64,000 nt of DNA from the human T2T-CHM13v2.0 reference genome, Homo sapiens: the NCBI RefSeq assembly GCF_009914755.1, contig NC_060926.1; one strand, given 5' to 3'. The stretch's first letter is position 1, and each line of letters starts with the position of its first letter. Below the pieces are notes generated by a model. That model did no database searches. It had not been told where the DNA came from and saw nothing but the letters and a program-made list of their open reading frames with translations. Of the stretch, positions 28,558 to 42,700 are shown piece after piece. A program made the translations under genes and the position numbers.

Positions 28558-30274
28558 TGAGATGCCCCACGTGACACCTTATGCTGAGGCAGCCCTAAGA
28601 AAGTATTAATGCTTCTGTTCTAGAAGAAACCTACACTTTAAGAGGGGTGTTAGAGATAATGCCTTTAACCCTAAAGTGTGAATGTAATTTCGGATTCTTG
28701 GTAGAATGAGAGGCTAGTGAGAAGGTTGTTTTTGGATGAGTATATAATTAAGTAAGTGGGGAAAGGGAAGGAACATATATTTTAGGCCATAGTAGCCATT
28801 GTGTACTGCACATTGAAAATACAACCTAATTTGTAAGGAAGTAATAGTGGCTGTGAGCTGAGAGAGATAAGGGGAAAACGTCCAAATTAAGGGGCATTTA
28901 ACATTTGACCAGAGTCATTTTGAGTCATAACTTGCTATCCTTTGTCCTTCTTGCAGGCCTTACTCTATGTGGCTCTGGCCTCGCTTTGTCATTTGCCTAG
29001 GTAGGTAACACTGCCACTGATGAGTAGCAGCCACACATTCACCTGGCATCTTCCCCTCTTCCCACCTGGCCTCTTCCTTATTTTCTTTTCTTCTTTCTGT
29101 GGCAATGACTAGTGAGTGATTTAACCTGAAATGGTAATCTACACATTCAGAAATGACCCTCAGGCATTCAGTATACATAACAGGGTACCCTTCATTCAAT
29201 TTTACCTGTCACCTATCTTTTCACCTAATGGTATGAGAGTCTATTTGCCAGACAATTGCAGTATGGACTATGATTTTGAATAATATCTCTGGCAAATGGG
29301 TTTCTTCAGCCTCTGGGAATAGCATCTCCTTATCGCTCCCCTAATGCCCTAGTGTTTATTCTTTTCACGCCAAAGTGCTCTGCCATTTATCTGAACCTTC
29401 AACTTTCCCAATAACCTGTCTTTTAAAATAGCAACCATTGTCCCTCTGTGTCCCCTGAGGACAGAAAGGTATAAAGTAAATTTTCTGCTTCTATAGCATT
29501 CAGCTGCTAGGAGAGGAGTTCTTGACCAGGGAATTTCTCTATCTAAAGTCATACTGCAGAACCTTGGCTAATTAAAGAAAATTGGGTAGCATGATGGCCA
29601 ATGCATTCTCTCCCTTTGGTTTGGAGGGTTTGTCCCTTGACATCTGTCATAAACCATTTATTTATGCCTACAGTGTTCTTTTCTCTATCTTAGGTGCTGA
29701 GGGGCTCTGGAGCAACTTAAAATATATCCCTGCCCTTATGAAGTTTACGACTGAATTCATCTATTCAAGAATATGTATGGGCTACCTATTACATATAACA
29801 CATTGTGTCAGGGTATTAAGTAAGTAAGATGTGGGCTGTGCTCTTGAGGGATCACAGTGTCGTAAGATTAGTTAGTTATACACAAAACATACCACAATAC
29901 ATTATGCAATAAATGACACAAGAGTGTATTACGAATGTTTAGAGACAAGGATTACCTAGCTGTCTTGCATATATACCACATTTTTAATGAGCAACACCAA
30001 ACTTATTTTGCCTTTATTTTTCCTCTCCTACCCCAATTTGCTCCTCCTTTTGTCTTCTTCAAATAATGTCAATCAAACCAACAGGTCTAAAATATCAATA
30101 TTTTCCATTTTTCTCTTTTACCTTCCCTTTCTAATCAGATTTTGTCAATTTTATATTATACTTGTCTCAGGAGATATTTCCCTCCTTCTCTTCATTACTC
30201 TCCCCTTCTCCAAGTGTGTCCTCTTCATCTGTAATTTGGGTTATTGGAATAGTTTCTCAATGATTTATCTGTAT

Positions 30275-30520
30275 ATATGCTCATGGTTTTGTGGGCCATA
30301 CAGCCTCTGTCATACTCAACTTTGCCACAGCAGTGCAAAGCAGGCATACATAACACATAAATAGACATGGCTTGTTCCAAAAAAAATCTTATTTATAAAC
30401 ACATATCATTTACAATTGTTCTTTTGATTTTTTAAAGTTAAAAACGTAAAAACCATTATTAGCTCACAGGTCATATTCAACAAATGGCAGGCCAGATTTG
30501 GTCTACAGGATAACTCTTGG
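30275..30520. mobile_element. MER58-type hAT MITE (partial)
   Basis: ggttttgtgggccatacagcctctgtc...actcaactttgcc...gcaggccagatttgg. Confidence 0.75.
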
Positions 30521-31948
30521 TGTACAGAGCCTTGAGCCCTCCTAACCTCCCTGATGACTCAGTACTTGCACTCCTTCATCTTTTCCCCAACCCTTTGTTT
30601 CTGCTGCAAAAGAGCATTAGCTTATTCCTGTACATGCCACATAGTTTTATATTTCTCTACCAGTGATTTTTAACCCTGGCTGCCACTCGGGCATGACTAT
30701 CTAATACTGAATCACAGAGAATCTTCTCATATCCTTGAAACTGACCCATGAGACTCCTGTGTTTCCTCTTTTAGAAAGCCACGTCCCTGTGAACATCCCA
30801 TTATTACCTCCCAAATTATCAAGAAGAGTGAAGGGTCTGAGATTTGATTTCGTGTGCGTTCACCCTCGATTAGGAGTTTGTAAAACTTTCTCCACTGTAG
30901 ACTTTATTCTTAAAATAACCTGCTGATATTTCTAGTGAATATCCATGCATTATCTTGAGGCTTTTCTGAATTCAGATACACCAAGAGTTCCCTTTCCTTT
31001 CCTTTGTGTACTCCCGCACAGTTATGAATACACAGGTCCTATCATTAAGTAGTTTAAACTCGCTTACTAGTACTTTGGAGTTCCTGCTGATATCATCTTG
31101 TCATCTCATTTTGCAGCCGAAATTGTGGGTTATTGGTTTTCTAGATGATCTGTCTGTTTTTATGGGGGAATTTGAGGAGATTCTACAACTATGATGCTGT
31201 TGTAGTCTTCTTCTCAGAGTCATATCATTTTCTTCTTTCACTTTTAAAATCTACTACCCTTCATTATTTTTCATTCTCTGAAGTTTACACTCAGCCTCAA
31301 GACCTTGCTTAGAACATATCTTGTTTTCTTTTGTTCCATTTTCTAGTTTCTAGCCCAGGCATCTTTCCCAGAATATGGACTTTTTATAAGGTGCTAGAAT
31401 ATAAAGTGTCATAAATGATAACATCTTAATTCACTAAAATTTAACACCACCTGAAGTTATTACTCATTTTATACTAAGCCTTCTCTTTGAGGAATGAAGT
31501 AAGTAATTTTCTATAATATGTTTCACTACCATTCAATGAAAGCTAAAAAGTCGCCTAATACCAATGACAGGAAAAGAATTGTCAAGTTAAACTTTATGGG
31601 AAGTATTAGTGTCTTTAGCTATTTGTAAAGTTAATGATTGGCCAAATCACCTTGGAAAGGCAGTTGAAACTGAGAAATATCATGGGTTTTCTGGCTTTTT
31701 ATCTAGCCATTGGAACCTAACTTACTTATATGCAGAAGCATGTAGATTCTGTCAAGCCTCATTTATTTCTTGAAGATAAAAGTACTGAATATTTATATCA
31801 TAAAAGTCCTCTTTTAAAATATAAGCTGCTATAATATTATTATGTTTTTGTGTTGTAAAATTCTCCAAAGATATGTTGAATCCAGTGAATTGGACTATCT
31901 ATTCTGAATCAGATGAGGCTTTATTAGAAGTATGACCTGTTTGAATAT

Positions 31949-32540
31949 TATATTAGTGTTCTTTGCTGCCGTAACAATTTACCACAAATTTAGTAGATTA
32001 AGACAACACAAATTTATTGTACCACAATTTCTGTTGGTCAGATGCCTGAGTGGGCATGACTGGATCTTTTGCTAAAGTTTAACAAAGCCTAACTCCAGGT
32101 GTTGGCAGAGCAGTATTCCTTATTGGCACCTCTGAGGAGAAATCTGCTTCCAAGCTCATTCAGTTTAATTCTTGAATTCAGTTTCTTGCAGTTGTAGAAC
32201 TCAGGTCTTTGTTACCTTACTGGTTGTCAGCCAAGGACTGGTATTTGCTCCTAGAAGCCACCTGCATTCTTTTCATGCTTTCCAAGGAGTTCTAAACATG
32301 GCAGGTTGAGTCTCTCTCCTGATTCGAACCTCTGTGACTTCTTATTCCACCTTCCTCTCGCCTCCAGCTGGAGGGCATTCTCTGCTTTTAAGGACTCCTG
32401 TGATTAGATTTGGCCGTCCAGATAATACAGGAAAATCTCTCTATTTTAAGGTTAGTAACCTTAATTATATCTGTAAACTTACATATTCCAATTCCAGGAG
32501 TTGGCCATGGACTTCTTTGGAGTACCATTCTGGCTACCAC
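31949..32540 (-). mobile_element. MLT1 (D-like) solo LTR
   Basis: tattag...gctgccgtaacaatttaccacaaatttagt...aaatctgcttccaagctcattcag...cattctggctaccaca. Confidence 0.8.
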
Positions 32541-33257
32541 AAATATTGCTACTATCTTTATTTCTTCATGGCTAGAAAACCTATTGGGACAAAAAGAATA
32601 ATTAACAACATGAAAATAACTTTATTTATCATGAAACAGGAACCTTCACGTCAGCTTCTCTTCGTCATCCTCATGAACATCCCATTCCAGACTATGTGTC
32701 TGATATACATTAGATAGTTAATAGGTATAGCAATAGGTACCAAGGGTTTTATAGAAACCATTGGTTTGTCAGTGGTTTCTATAAAGGCCACAGACAACCC
32801 TACACATAGTTTCTTTTCAAAACCTCTTACATCTCTGTTATCAAAAGAAAGGATGGAATGAGAAATTCCCCTGGAAAATGAAAATGAAATTTGTTTCTAG
32901 TTAATTTAGGGAATAAAGATAATGGCTAACATTTATTGTGCCCTTAATATTTACCAGACTCTTTCTTTGATTAATTCTTTCTACATTTATTATCATATTT
33001 GATAGTCATAACAACTCTGTGAAGTAGATATTATTTCCTCCAGTATAGAGACAAGGAGACATTAAAGAAGTTCAGAAATATTCTCAATACTAGTAAGTAG
33101 CAGAGCTAAGATTTTAAAAGCCAGATACGAATTCTATGCTGTTTCTTTAGAAAAAGAGTATTTATTTTCATTAAAGTTATACATGAAAATATTTTAAAGA
33201 GTTATATAAGATTTGTTGCTAAAAACAGCATATATTAAATATAAACAGCGTATATTA

Positions 33258-33621
33258 AATACTACGCAGCCATAAAAAGGATGAGTTTATGTCCTTTTCA
33301 GGGACATGGATGAAGCTGGAAACCATCATTCTCAGCAAACTAACACAGGAACAGAAAACCAAACACCGCATGTTCTCACTCATAAGTGGGAATTGAACAA
33401 TGAGAACACATGGACACAGGGAGGGGAACATCACACACCAGGGCCTGTTGTGGGGTGGGGGGTTTAAGGGAGGGATAGCATTAGGGGAAATACCTAATGT
33501 AGATGATGGGTTGATGGGTGCAGCAAACCACCATGGCACGTGTATACCTATGTAACAAACCTGCACGTTCTGTACACATATCCCAGAACTTAAAGTAAAG
33601 TATAATAATAACAAAAAAAAA
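33258..33621 (+). mobile_element. 5'-truncated L1PA (approx. PA7/8), ~360-bp 3' end
   Basis: aatactacgcagccataaaaaggatgag, then 3'UTR, then cccagaacttaaagta and an A-tail. Confidence 0.92.
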
Positions 33622-35841
33622 GCAGTCTTTTGCTCACGTGACCACCATGTTCAACTCCAAAACACAACTGCTTCCAATTTTATATGTTTGATTATGTCCA
33701 TATCTCTATAAAATATGCCTACACAGCTTTTTCAGTTTTATTACTTGTCAATTGCCTCCCCATTTTTAAAAAAGCTCCCATTTTGCACACCTGTTGGAGA
33801 AATTCTCTCAACTTTTAAAAAACTTCTATTCTCTCTACTGAAATTTTAAATGCATTCAATCATAGTTTTAATTTCCAAAAGCTTTTCTTTAAATGTTCCA
33901 TTTGTATAGCATATTGTTCTCAGTTCTCTGAGGATATTAATGACATATTTGTATATTATTTTCTTCTTTTTCCCAGATTGCTCTTATCTGTTTGTTTTGG
34001 TTTCTGTCTTTCAAATAGAAATTTTTCTTAGTTTTCTGCTGATTCATGACTCTCTGTTCATATTTAAGAGAACAGAAGCTGAGTTTGCATGGACTGGTAA
34101 TTGCATGGCATTATAATGGGACTTTTTTGTGGGCTTCATTGAGTAGCGTTATAATGGGGAATGACCCATGTTACAGATTTGGGCTTTTTCCCCAGAATTG
34201 GTCCAGTTTCCGATTAGAATCTTTGATTCTTCTTTCTTGAAGGATAAGCCTTCCTAGTAGACCATTCTGAGAACTTGTTAAGGAAAGAGGACTGGTGGAG
34301 AAGTGGTAGTAGGGATGTCTCCAGATTCTACCTACAGGCTTTCACATTTTCTCCCTTATCTTAGTATCACATTCCTACTCTTAACAGTGCTAACTCTCTG
34401 TTAGCAGATCAGAGACTCTCTGTTTTCCTCACTGGAGGATAAATCTCTAGTCTTCTGATAAGGTGGGACATTCACTAAGTCAGAGAGATGATCTTAGGAT
34501 CCAACCACTTTGTATATGGACTTGGTACTGATCCATCTACAGTCCCACTTTACTCCACTTCTAGGGAATAGAAGATAATTGATAATAGATGATGCCCCTT
34601 TCTGAGCCTTTTGTGGTGTTCTGTAGTATGCATCTGGTTGCTTTTAACATTCTCGTCTTCATTTAAAATTTAACTTTTTGGTTTTGCTTCTATGCTTTCC
34701 AACTTCCACAGTGTTTTGCCATTGCCTCCTCTCCTTGTCTTTATGAGTTTATGTCTTTTGAAAATTCCATTTCTATCACTTCAGTAAGTGATAGACTAGG
34801 AGCAGAGGTGAACACTTGTGCTCACTCTTCCATCTGCCTTCTTCCAATGGCATCTGAGCCAGTTGCATTATTGACCTAGGCCTGTTACTCTTTCAGGCCC
34901 TCCTCAGTCAACATTGGCAGTTTGAATTGTTCATTCCAATGAACAAACAAGGATAAAGGGTAAGGGTAAGAAGAAAGGCCCTTACTTACTCCAGGGCCTT
35001 GTAGAATACACTGGTGTTGAACACAGATTTTCAGATGCAAATACCGACACTCACACTTTCCTCCCCAACAGCGGCCTTTAGAAGCAGCTGTCATGCTACC
35101 ACTCCTCTAAGTTTAGAAAAGGCTGATACAAGGACTATGAAGATTGTGGTTGAGTGTTCTCTCTGCTCTTTAAGGAAGAGGACCAGAGCCATGACTAATT
35201 GTGTCTCCTTGAGAAGAACGAAAGCTAATTATTACTTGTATAAACCTAAGCATTAAAGCAAGATATCCAGGTTTTTCTCTCCTCAGCAGTACATGCCATT
35301 GAAAAGTTACCAGGAATTCTAAAGGGAGATTGGAAATAAATGTGTTACAATAATCACTGGAAAAAGTTCAATGGAAAAGCTTTAGTTCCTTTGAATCTGT
35401 AGTTTTTCTTGAGCTAATCAGTCATTTGATAACTGCTCGCTAAGCACAAGCTCCAGGCCAGGCAGAATGTGAGGCTCATGGTGTTAGAACTAAAAAGAGA
35501 TGTAGGGTAGCACCTACCAAAGTGCTTGGAACATCTTGGTCTTTGCTAATCATTTATTAAATTCAGAATGTGGGCATTGTTCTCAAGTAGCATACTTTCT
35601 AAACAGTGAAGCAAAGGCCTTTTGTGAGAGTGCATAGATGAAACAAAGGTTTAGATAGTTCTAAAAATTAGAGTAATAATCAATAGATAAAAATAAATTG
35701 CTAACCTGACTCTCTTCCTATGCATGCCTAAAACACTTGACCCAGTTGAGGGGAGAATAAATAATTGCCCATGGGAATGTTGTGTAAAACATTCAAAGCG
35801 CTGAATATTGTCTGGTGTGGCTAGAGATGACAGGACTCATA

Positions 35842-38581
35842 CAATTGACCCTTGAACAACATGGATTTGAACTGCAAAATCCACTTATATGCAGATTATT
35901 TTTCAATAAATATATTGGAAGATTTTTTGGAGATTTGTGACAGTTTGGAGATTTGTGACAATTTGAAAACAGTAGCAGATGAACTTCATAGTCTAGATAT
36001 CAAAAAAATAGGAAAAAGTTAAGTATGTCATGATTATATAAAATATACATAGATACTAGTCATTTTATTATTTATTACCATAATACATATACAGATCTAT
36101 TATCAAAAGTTAAGTTTAGGCACACAAACACAGACCGTACATGGTCAAGAGAAATGTGAACAAATGTAAATATGCATTATTAAATCATAACCACACAAAA
36201 TTCACTATAGTATATACTGTACTATCACAATAATTTTGTAGCCACCTTCTGTTTCTATTGTGGTGAGCTCAAGTATCTGCTTAAAATGTTGTGTGAGACT
36301 AATCATCTCCTTGGGAGCAACATCTCCAGTCAATTGTGCATCCCAGTAAAAAGTGATCACTCATAGTTCTTGCATATTTTTCATCTTTGTGTTAGTGCAA
36401 TACCGTAAACCTTGAATAACAACACGGTACCCATACAAAGTGCAACTAGTGATGTTGGAAGTGCTCCCAAGAAGCAGAGAAAAGTGCTTTACAGGAAAAC
36501 ATTGAATTGTTTGATATGCACCATAGATTGAGGTCTGCAGCTGTGGTTGCTCATCATTTCAAGATAAATGAATTCAATGTAAGGACCATTACAAACAAAA
36601 CAAAAACAGAAAATTAATAAAGCTATTGCTGTAGCTACAGCAGCAGACACAAAAGCCTTGCAGTTTTTGCAAAACACCTTTTTATCTCATATTGAAAACA
36701 TAGCTTTCATGTGGGTGCTGGATTGCTATAAGAAAGGTATACCTATAGACTCTAATATGATTTGAGAAAGTGTGAGTTCATTATATGACAACTAAAAGCA
36801 AAAGGAAAGTGAAGGATCTAAAGCTGGAAGGTTTAGTGACAGCCAAGGATGGTTTAATATGTTTAGAAAGAGAGGTGGCTTAGAAAACATGTCAAGATAC
36901 CAGGAAAAGCAGATTCTGCTGCCCAAGAGGCAGCAAAGTTCCTAGATGCCATTTAAGAAAATAATTGAGGAAAAAGACTATCTGCATGGTGAAAGGCTAA
37001 ACGCTTTCTTCCTAAGGTCATGAACAAGTCAAGTATTTCCGCTCTTACTACCTCTATTTGACATTTCACTGAAGGTTTCAGCTAGTAATAAACAAAAGGC
37101 ATACAGACTGAAAAAAATATATATATATCTACCTGAACAAGTTTTTATTGCAGACAAAAGTGCCCAATTTTGGGAAAAAGCAATGCAAAAGACATTTATT
37201 AGAAAAGAAGAGGCATAAGCACCAGGATTTAAGGCAGGAAGGGATTAGCTAACTCCACTGTTTGGCGCAAATGCAGTAGGATTCATCATGAGGACTGCCC
37301 TTATCTATAAAGCTGCTAACAACTCCGCCTTAAGGGAAAGAGATAAACACCAGCTTCCAGTCATTTAGTAGTATAACAAGAAGGCCTGGACAACAAGAAC
37401 GCTTTTTCTGGACTGGTTCCACTGATGTTCTATTCCTGAAGTCAGGAAGCACCTTGCCATAAGAAACTGCCTTTTAAAGTTCACTTGATATTAGACAATG
37501 CTCCTGGCCACTCAGAACTCCATGACTTTAACATTAACGTTTCAAAAGGATCTACTTGTCCCCAAACTCAATGTCACTAGCTCAGCCTCCAAATAAGGAG
37601 GTCATAAGGACCTTGAAGCCTCATTACATGTAGCATTCTATGGAAAGGATTGCCAGCTCCATGGAAGAGAAGTCTGATAGAGAGATTATCATAAAAGTCT
37701 GGAAGGATTACACCATTGAAGATGCCATTGTTGTTATAGAAAGAGCATTATGAGTCTTATAGAAAGAGCATTATACATGACTTCACAGGATTTGCAACAG
37801 AGCCAATCAAGGAAATCATGAAAGATGTGGATATGAAAAAAAGGTGGCGGAAGGGGTGGATCAAGATACCTATCTTGGTAAAATTAGAGAGTTAATAGAC
37901 ACCACTCCAGAGGAATTAATAGAAGATGACTTGATGAAGATAACTGCTTCTGAACCAGTGACGGAATATGAGGAAGAAGATATAGGAGAAGCAGTGCCCG
38001 AAAACAAGTTGACGTTACACAATCTGGCAGAAGGGTTCTCAGTAATGAAGCCTGCTTTTGACTTCTTTTAGAACACGCATCCTTCTATGACATGGGCGCT
38101 GAAACTAAAGCAATAGTGGATGAAGTATTAGTATCTATAGGAACGTTTTTAAGGGAATGAAAAAGCAAAAAGTCAGGCAGAGATTATGATGTATTTCCGT
38201 AAAGTTACAGGGAGTGTGCCTGCCTCTCTTGCCTCCCCTTTCGACCTCCTCCACTTCTTCTACCTCTGCCACCCTTGAGACAACAAGACCAATTCCTCCT
38301 ATTTCTCAGCCTACTCAATGGAAATGACAAGGATGAAGACCTTTATGATGTTTCACTTTAACTTAATGAATAGCAAATATATTTCCTCTTCCTTATGACT
38401 TTCTTAATAACATTTTCTTTTCTCTAGCTTTATTGTAAGAATACAGTATATAATACATATAACATACAAAATATGTGTTAATAGGCTGTTCATGTAATTG
38501 GTAAAGCTTCCTATCAACAGTAGGCTACTAGTAATTAAGTTTTGGGATCCACTAACCCCTGCGTTGTTCAAGGGTTGGCTA
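35842..38581 (+). mobile_element. Tigger2 (pogo-family DNA transposon), near full length, decayed transposase
   Basis: TA|caattgacccttgaacaac ... gttgttcaagggttggcta|TA. Internal pogo motifs (cttgatattagacaatgctcctggccac = LILDNAPGH). ORF 37844-38071 is the acidic C-terminus. Confidence 0.9.
36986..37125 (+). mobile_element. Internal L1M ORF2 fragment inserted into Tigger2
   Basis: atggtgaaaggctaaacgctttcttcctaaggtc...ccgctcttactacctctatttgacatt...aaaaggcatacaga corresponds to the ORF2 region just upstream of the FADD motif. Flanked by tatctgc / tatctac. Confidence 0.7.
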
Positions 38582-39736
38582 TATTTGGAATCTCAAAAAA
38601 TTTCATGAATAAACAAGGGCAAAAAAAAATTTGTATCTTAAAGCATTCATATCTAACTCATTTTTTCTACTTTTTCTCAATGAAATGGGGATATAAACAT
38701 GGGAATACCAGATTTATAAAAATTACATATAAGGCATTTCTGAATAAACTGTTTTGACTAGATTAACTGAATTGTTCAGTCAAAAACCCACTAATATAAT
38801 AGGGTTTGAGTGACATTTTAAAATCCTGAATCCTTTAATTTCATATATGGTGAAATCAGTGTATTCATGTAGTTATCCTGTTTTCATGTGAATACAGTGA
38901 TAATTTAGGGCTTAATTTATAAAACTGATGTAAGGTGCTTGATGAATTTTATACGATGAATCTTGCGATAATTTCAGTCTTGAAAAATATATGCTGTTGA
39001 TCAAAGGAAATATCAAAACTGGTTTAATATGTGTGGCAGACATTGTTTATCGGCACTCAGCTCTACACCCACCATTCTACTGGAAACACATTTATCAGAC
39101 CCTCTTTTTAGGCGGGCTGAAGGGAAAGTCTTCCCATGGAAGATCTCCATGGGGTATTAGAAGACAGAATGGTGATAGACATCTGTCTGCTTCTGCTGCA
39201 CCTTAGGTAGAAGAATCAACAGTGGTTGCAGTAGGGTTGTACTTCCTGTTTAGTCCTTTGGTGGCACCAGCAGCAAGTATAGTCCCTTGGGCTCTTGCAA
39301 GGGTACTGGAAGCTGCTTGCTCTCTGGGCAATACCACCCTCCCTCTTACACTCCCCCAGAACTTCCAACCCTTTTCTAATTTCTTGCATTAAATTTTTCT
39401 CTCCACAAGGTATGAAGACTGTTTTCTGTTTACCTCCCTGAATACTAGCTGATAAAAAACAGAAATAAGGATTTTTCTATATCTTTTATATAGCTATAGA
39501 AAAGTGTTTTTCTATAATTTCTGGGTGTTGGCTTGATGCTCTAGTTCTCTACCTCTTGGTCTTCTAAAGGAATTGATTTGGTCTTCTTTGAAGGTCATAT
39601 ATGTAACTACATAGATATTATTTTTATATAATCAAATCATCTTCAACCTTATTCTAGTTTATATTGTATATAGATATACCACACTTTATCTACTTTTGTA
39701 CTATGTAAGATATTATATATTTAAGTGTTCTTGATT

Positions 39737-42700
39737 TAGTTATCTATTGTAGCATAATAAATTACCCTCAAACTTAGTGGATTAAAACAATATTCGTGGA
39801 TTTCTGTTCCAAGACAGCCAAATAGGAACAGCTCCAGTCTGCAGCTTCCAGTATGATTAACACAGAAAACAGGTGATTTCTGCATTTCCAACTGAGGCAA
39901 CTGGTTCATCTCACTGGAACTGGTTGGACAGTGGTGCAGCCCACAGAGGGCAAGCCAAAGTAGGGTTGGGGCATCACCTCACCTGGGAAGTACAAGGGGT
40001 CGAGGGATTTCCCTTTCTTAGCCCAGGGAAGCTGTGACAGACAGTACCTGGAAAAACGAGACACTCTCGCCCAAATACTGTGCTTTTCCAATGGTCTTAG
40101 CAAATGGCACACCAAAAGATTATATCACGTGCCTGGCTCGGTGCGTAACACACCCATGGAGCCTTGCTCACTGCTAGTGCAGCAGTCTGAGATTGACCTG
40201 CGAGGTGGCAGTCTGGCAGGGGGAGGGGTGTCTGCCATTGCTGAGGCTTGAGTAGGTAAACAAAACAGACTGGGAAGCTAGAACTGGGCGGAGCCCACTG
40301 CAGCTCAGCAAGGCCTGCTGTATAGACTCCACCTCTGGGGGCAGGGCATAACTTAAAAGGCAGCAGAAACTTCTACAGACTTAAACGTCCCTGTCTGACA
40401 GCTCTGAAGCAAGCAGTCATTCTCCCAGAATGGTGTTTGAGCTTGGAAAACGGACAGACTGCCTCTTCAAGTGGGTCCCTGACCCCCATGTAGCCTAACT
40501 GGGAGACACCTCCCAGTAGGGGCCGACTGACATCTCATACAGCCAGGTGCCCCTCTGGGACGAAGCTTCCAGAGGAAGGATCAGGCAGCAATATTTGCTG
40601 TTCTGCAGCCTCTGCTGGTGATACCCAGGCAAACAGGGTCTGGAGTGGACCTCCAGCAAACTCCAACAGAACTGCAGCTGAGGGACCTGATGGTTAGAAG
40701 GAAAACTAACTAACAGAAAGGAATAGCATCAACATCAAAAAAAGGACATCCACACCAAAATCCCATGTGTAGGTCACAAACATCAAAGACCAAAGGTAGA
40801 TAAAACCACAAAGATGGGGAGAAACCAGAGCAGACAACCTGAAAATTCTAAAAATCAGAGTGCCTTTTCTCCTCCAAAGGATCACAGCTCATCTCCAGCA
40901 ATGGAACAAAGCTGGACGGAGAGACTTTGACGAGCTGACAGAAGTAGGCTTCAGAAAGTCGGTAATAACAAATTCCTCTGAGCTAAAGGAGGATGTTCGA
41001 GCCCATTGTAAGGAAGCTAAAAACCTTAAAAAAAGATTAGATGAATGGCTAACTAGAATAAACAGTGTGGAGAAGACCTTAAATGACCTGATAGACATGA
41101 AAACCATGGCAAGAGAACTACATGATTCAAGCACAACCTTCAATAGCTGATTCGATCAAGTGCAAGAAAGGGTATCAGTGATTGAAGATCAAATTAATGA
41201 AATAAAGCAAGAAGAGAAGTTTAGAGAAAAAAAGAGTAAAAAGAAACAAACAAAGCCTCCAAGAAATATGGGACTATGTGAAAAGACCAAATCTACATTT
41301 GATTGGTATACCTGAAAGTGACAGGGAGAATGGAACCAAGTTGGAAAACCCTCTTCAGGATATTATCCAGGAGAACTTCCCCAACCTAGCAAGGCAGGCC
41401 AACATTCAAATTCAGGGAATACAGAGAACACCACAAAGATATACCTCAAGAGCAACCTCAAGACACATAATTGTCAGATTCATCAAGGTTGAAATGAAGG
41501 AAAAAAATGTTAAGGGCAGCCAGAGAGAAAGGTCAGGTTACCCACAAAGGGACACCCATCAAACTAATGGCAGATCTCTCAGCAGAAACTCTGCAAGACA
41601 GAAGAGAGTAGGGGCTAATATTCAATATTTTTAAGCAAAATAATTTGCAAATCCGGCCAAACTAAGCTTCATAAGTGAAGGAGAAATAAAATCCTTTACA
41701 GACAAGCAAATGCTGAGAGATTTTGTCACCACCAGGCCTGCCTTACAAGAGCTTCTGAAGGAAGCACTAAACATGGAAAGGAACAACCAGTACCAGCCAC
41801 TGCAAAAACATGCCAAATTGGAAAGACTATCAATGCTAGCAAGAAACTGCATCAACTAACAGGCAAAATAACCAGCCAACTTCATAATGACAGGATCAAA
41901 TTCAAACATAACAATATTAACCTTAAATGTAAATGGGCTAAATGCCCCAATTAAAAGACACAGACTGGCAAATTGAATAAAGAGTCAAGACCTATTAGTG
42001 TGCTGTATTCAGGAGACCCATCTCACGTGCAGAGACACATATAGGCTCAAAATAGAGGGATTGAGGAAGATCTACAAAGCAAATGGAAAGCAAAGATCAA
42101 AAGAGACAAAGAAGGGCATTACATCATGGTAAAGGAATCAATTCAACAAGAAGAGCTAACTATCCTAAATATATATGCACCCAATACAGGAGCACCCAGA
42201 TTCATAAAGCAAGCCTTAGAGACTAAGACTCCCACACAATAATAATGGGAGACATTAACACCCTGCTGTCAATATTAGACAGATCAACAGACAGAAGGTT
42301 AACAAGGATATCCAGGACTTGAACTCAGCTCTGCACCAAGCAGACCTCATAGACATTTACAGTACTATTCACCCCAAATCAACAGAATATACATTCTTCT
42401 CAGCACCACATCACACTTATTCCAAAAATTGACCACATAGTTGGAAGTAAAGCACTCCTCAGCAAATGTAAAAGAAGAGAAATCACAACAAACTATCTCT
42501 CAGGTCACAGTGCAATCAAATTAGAACTCAGGATTAAGAAACTCAACAACCTGCTCCTGAATGACTACTGGGTAAATAACGACATGAAGGCAGAAATAAA
42601 GATGTTCTTTGAAACCAATGAGAACAAAGATACAATGTACCAGAATCTCCGGGACACATTTAAAGCAGTGTGTAGAGGGAAACTTATAGCACTCAATGCC

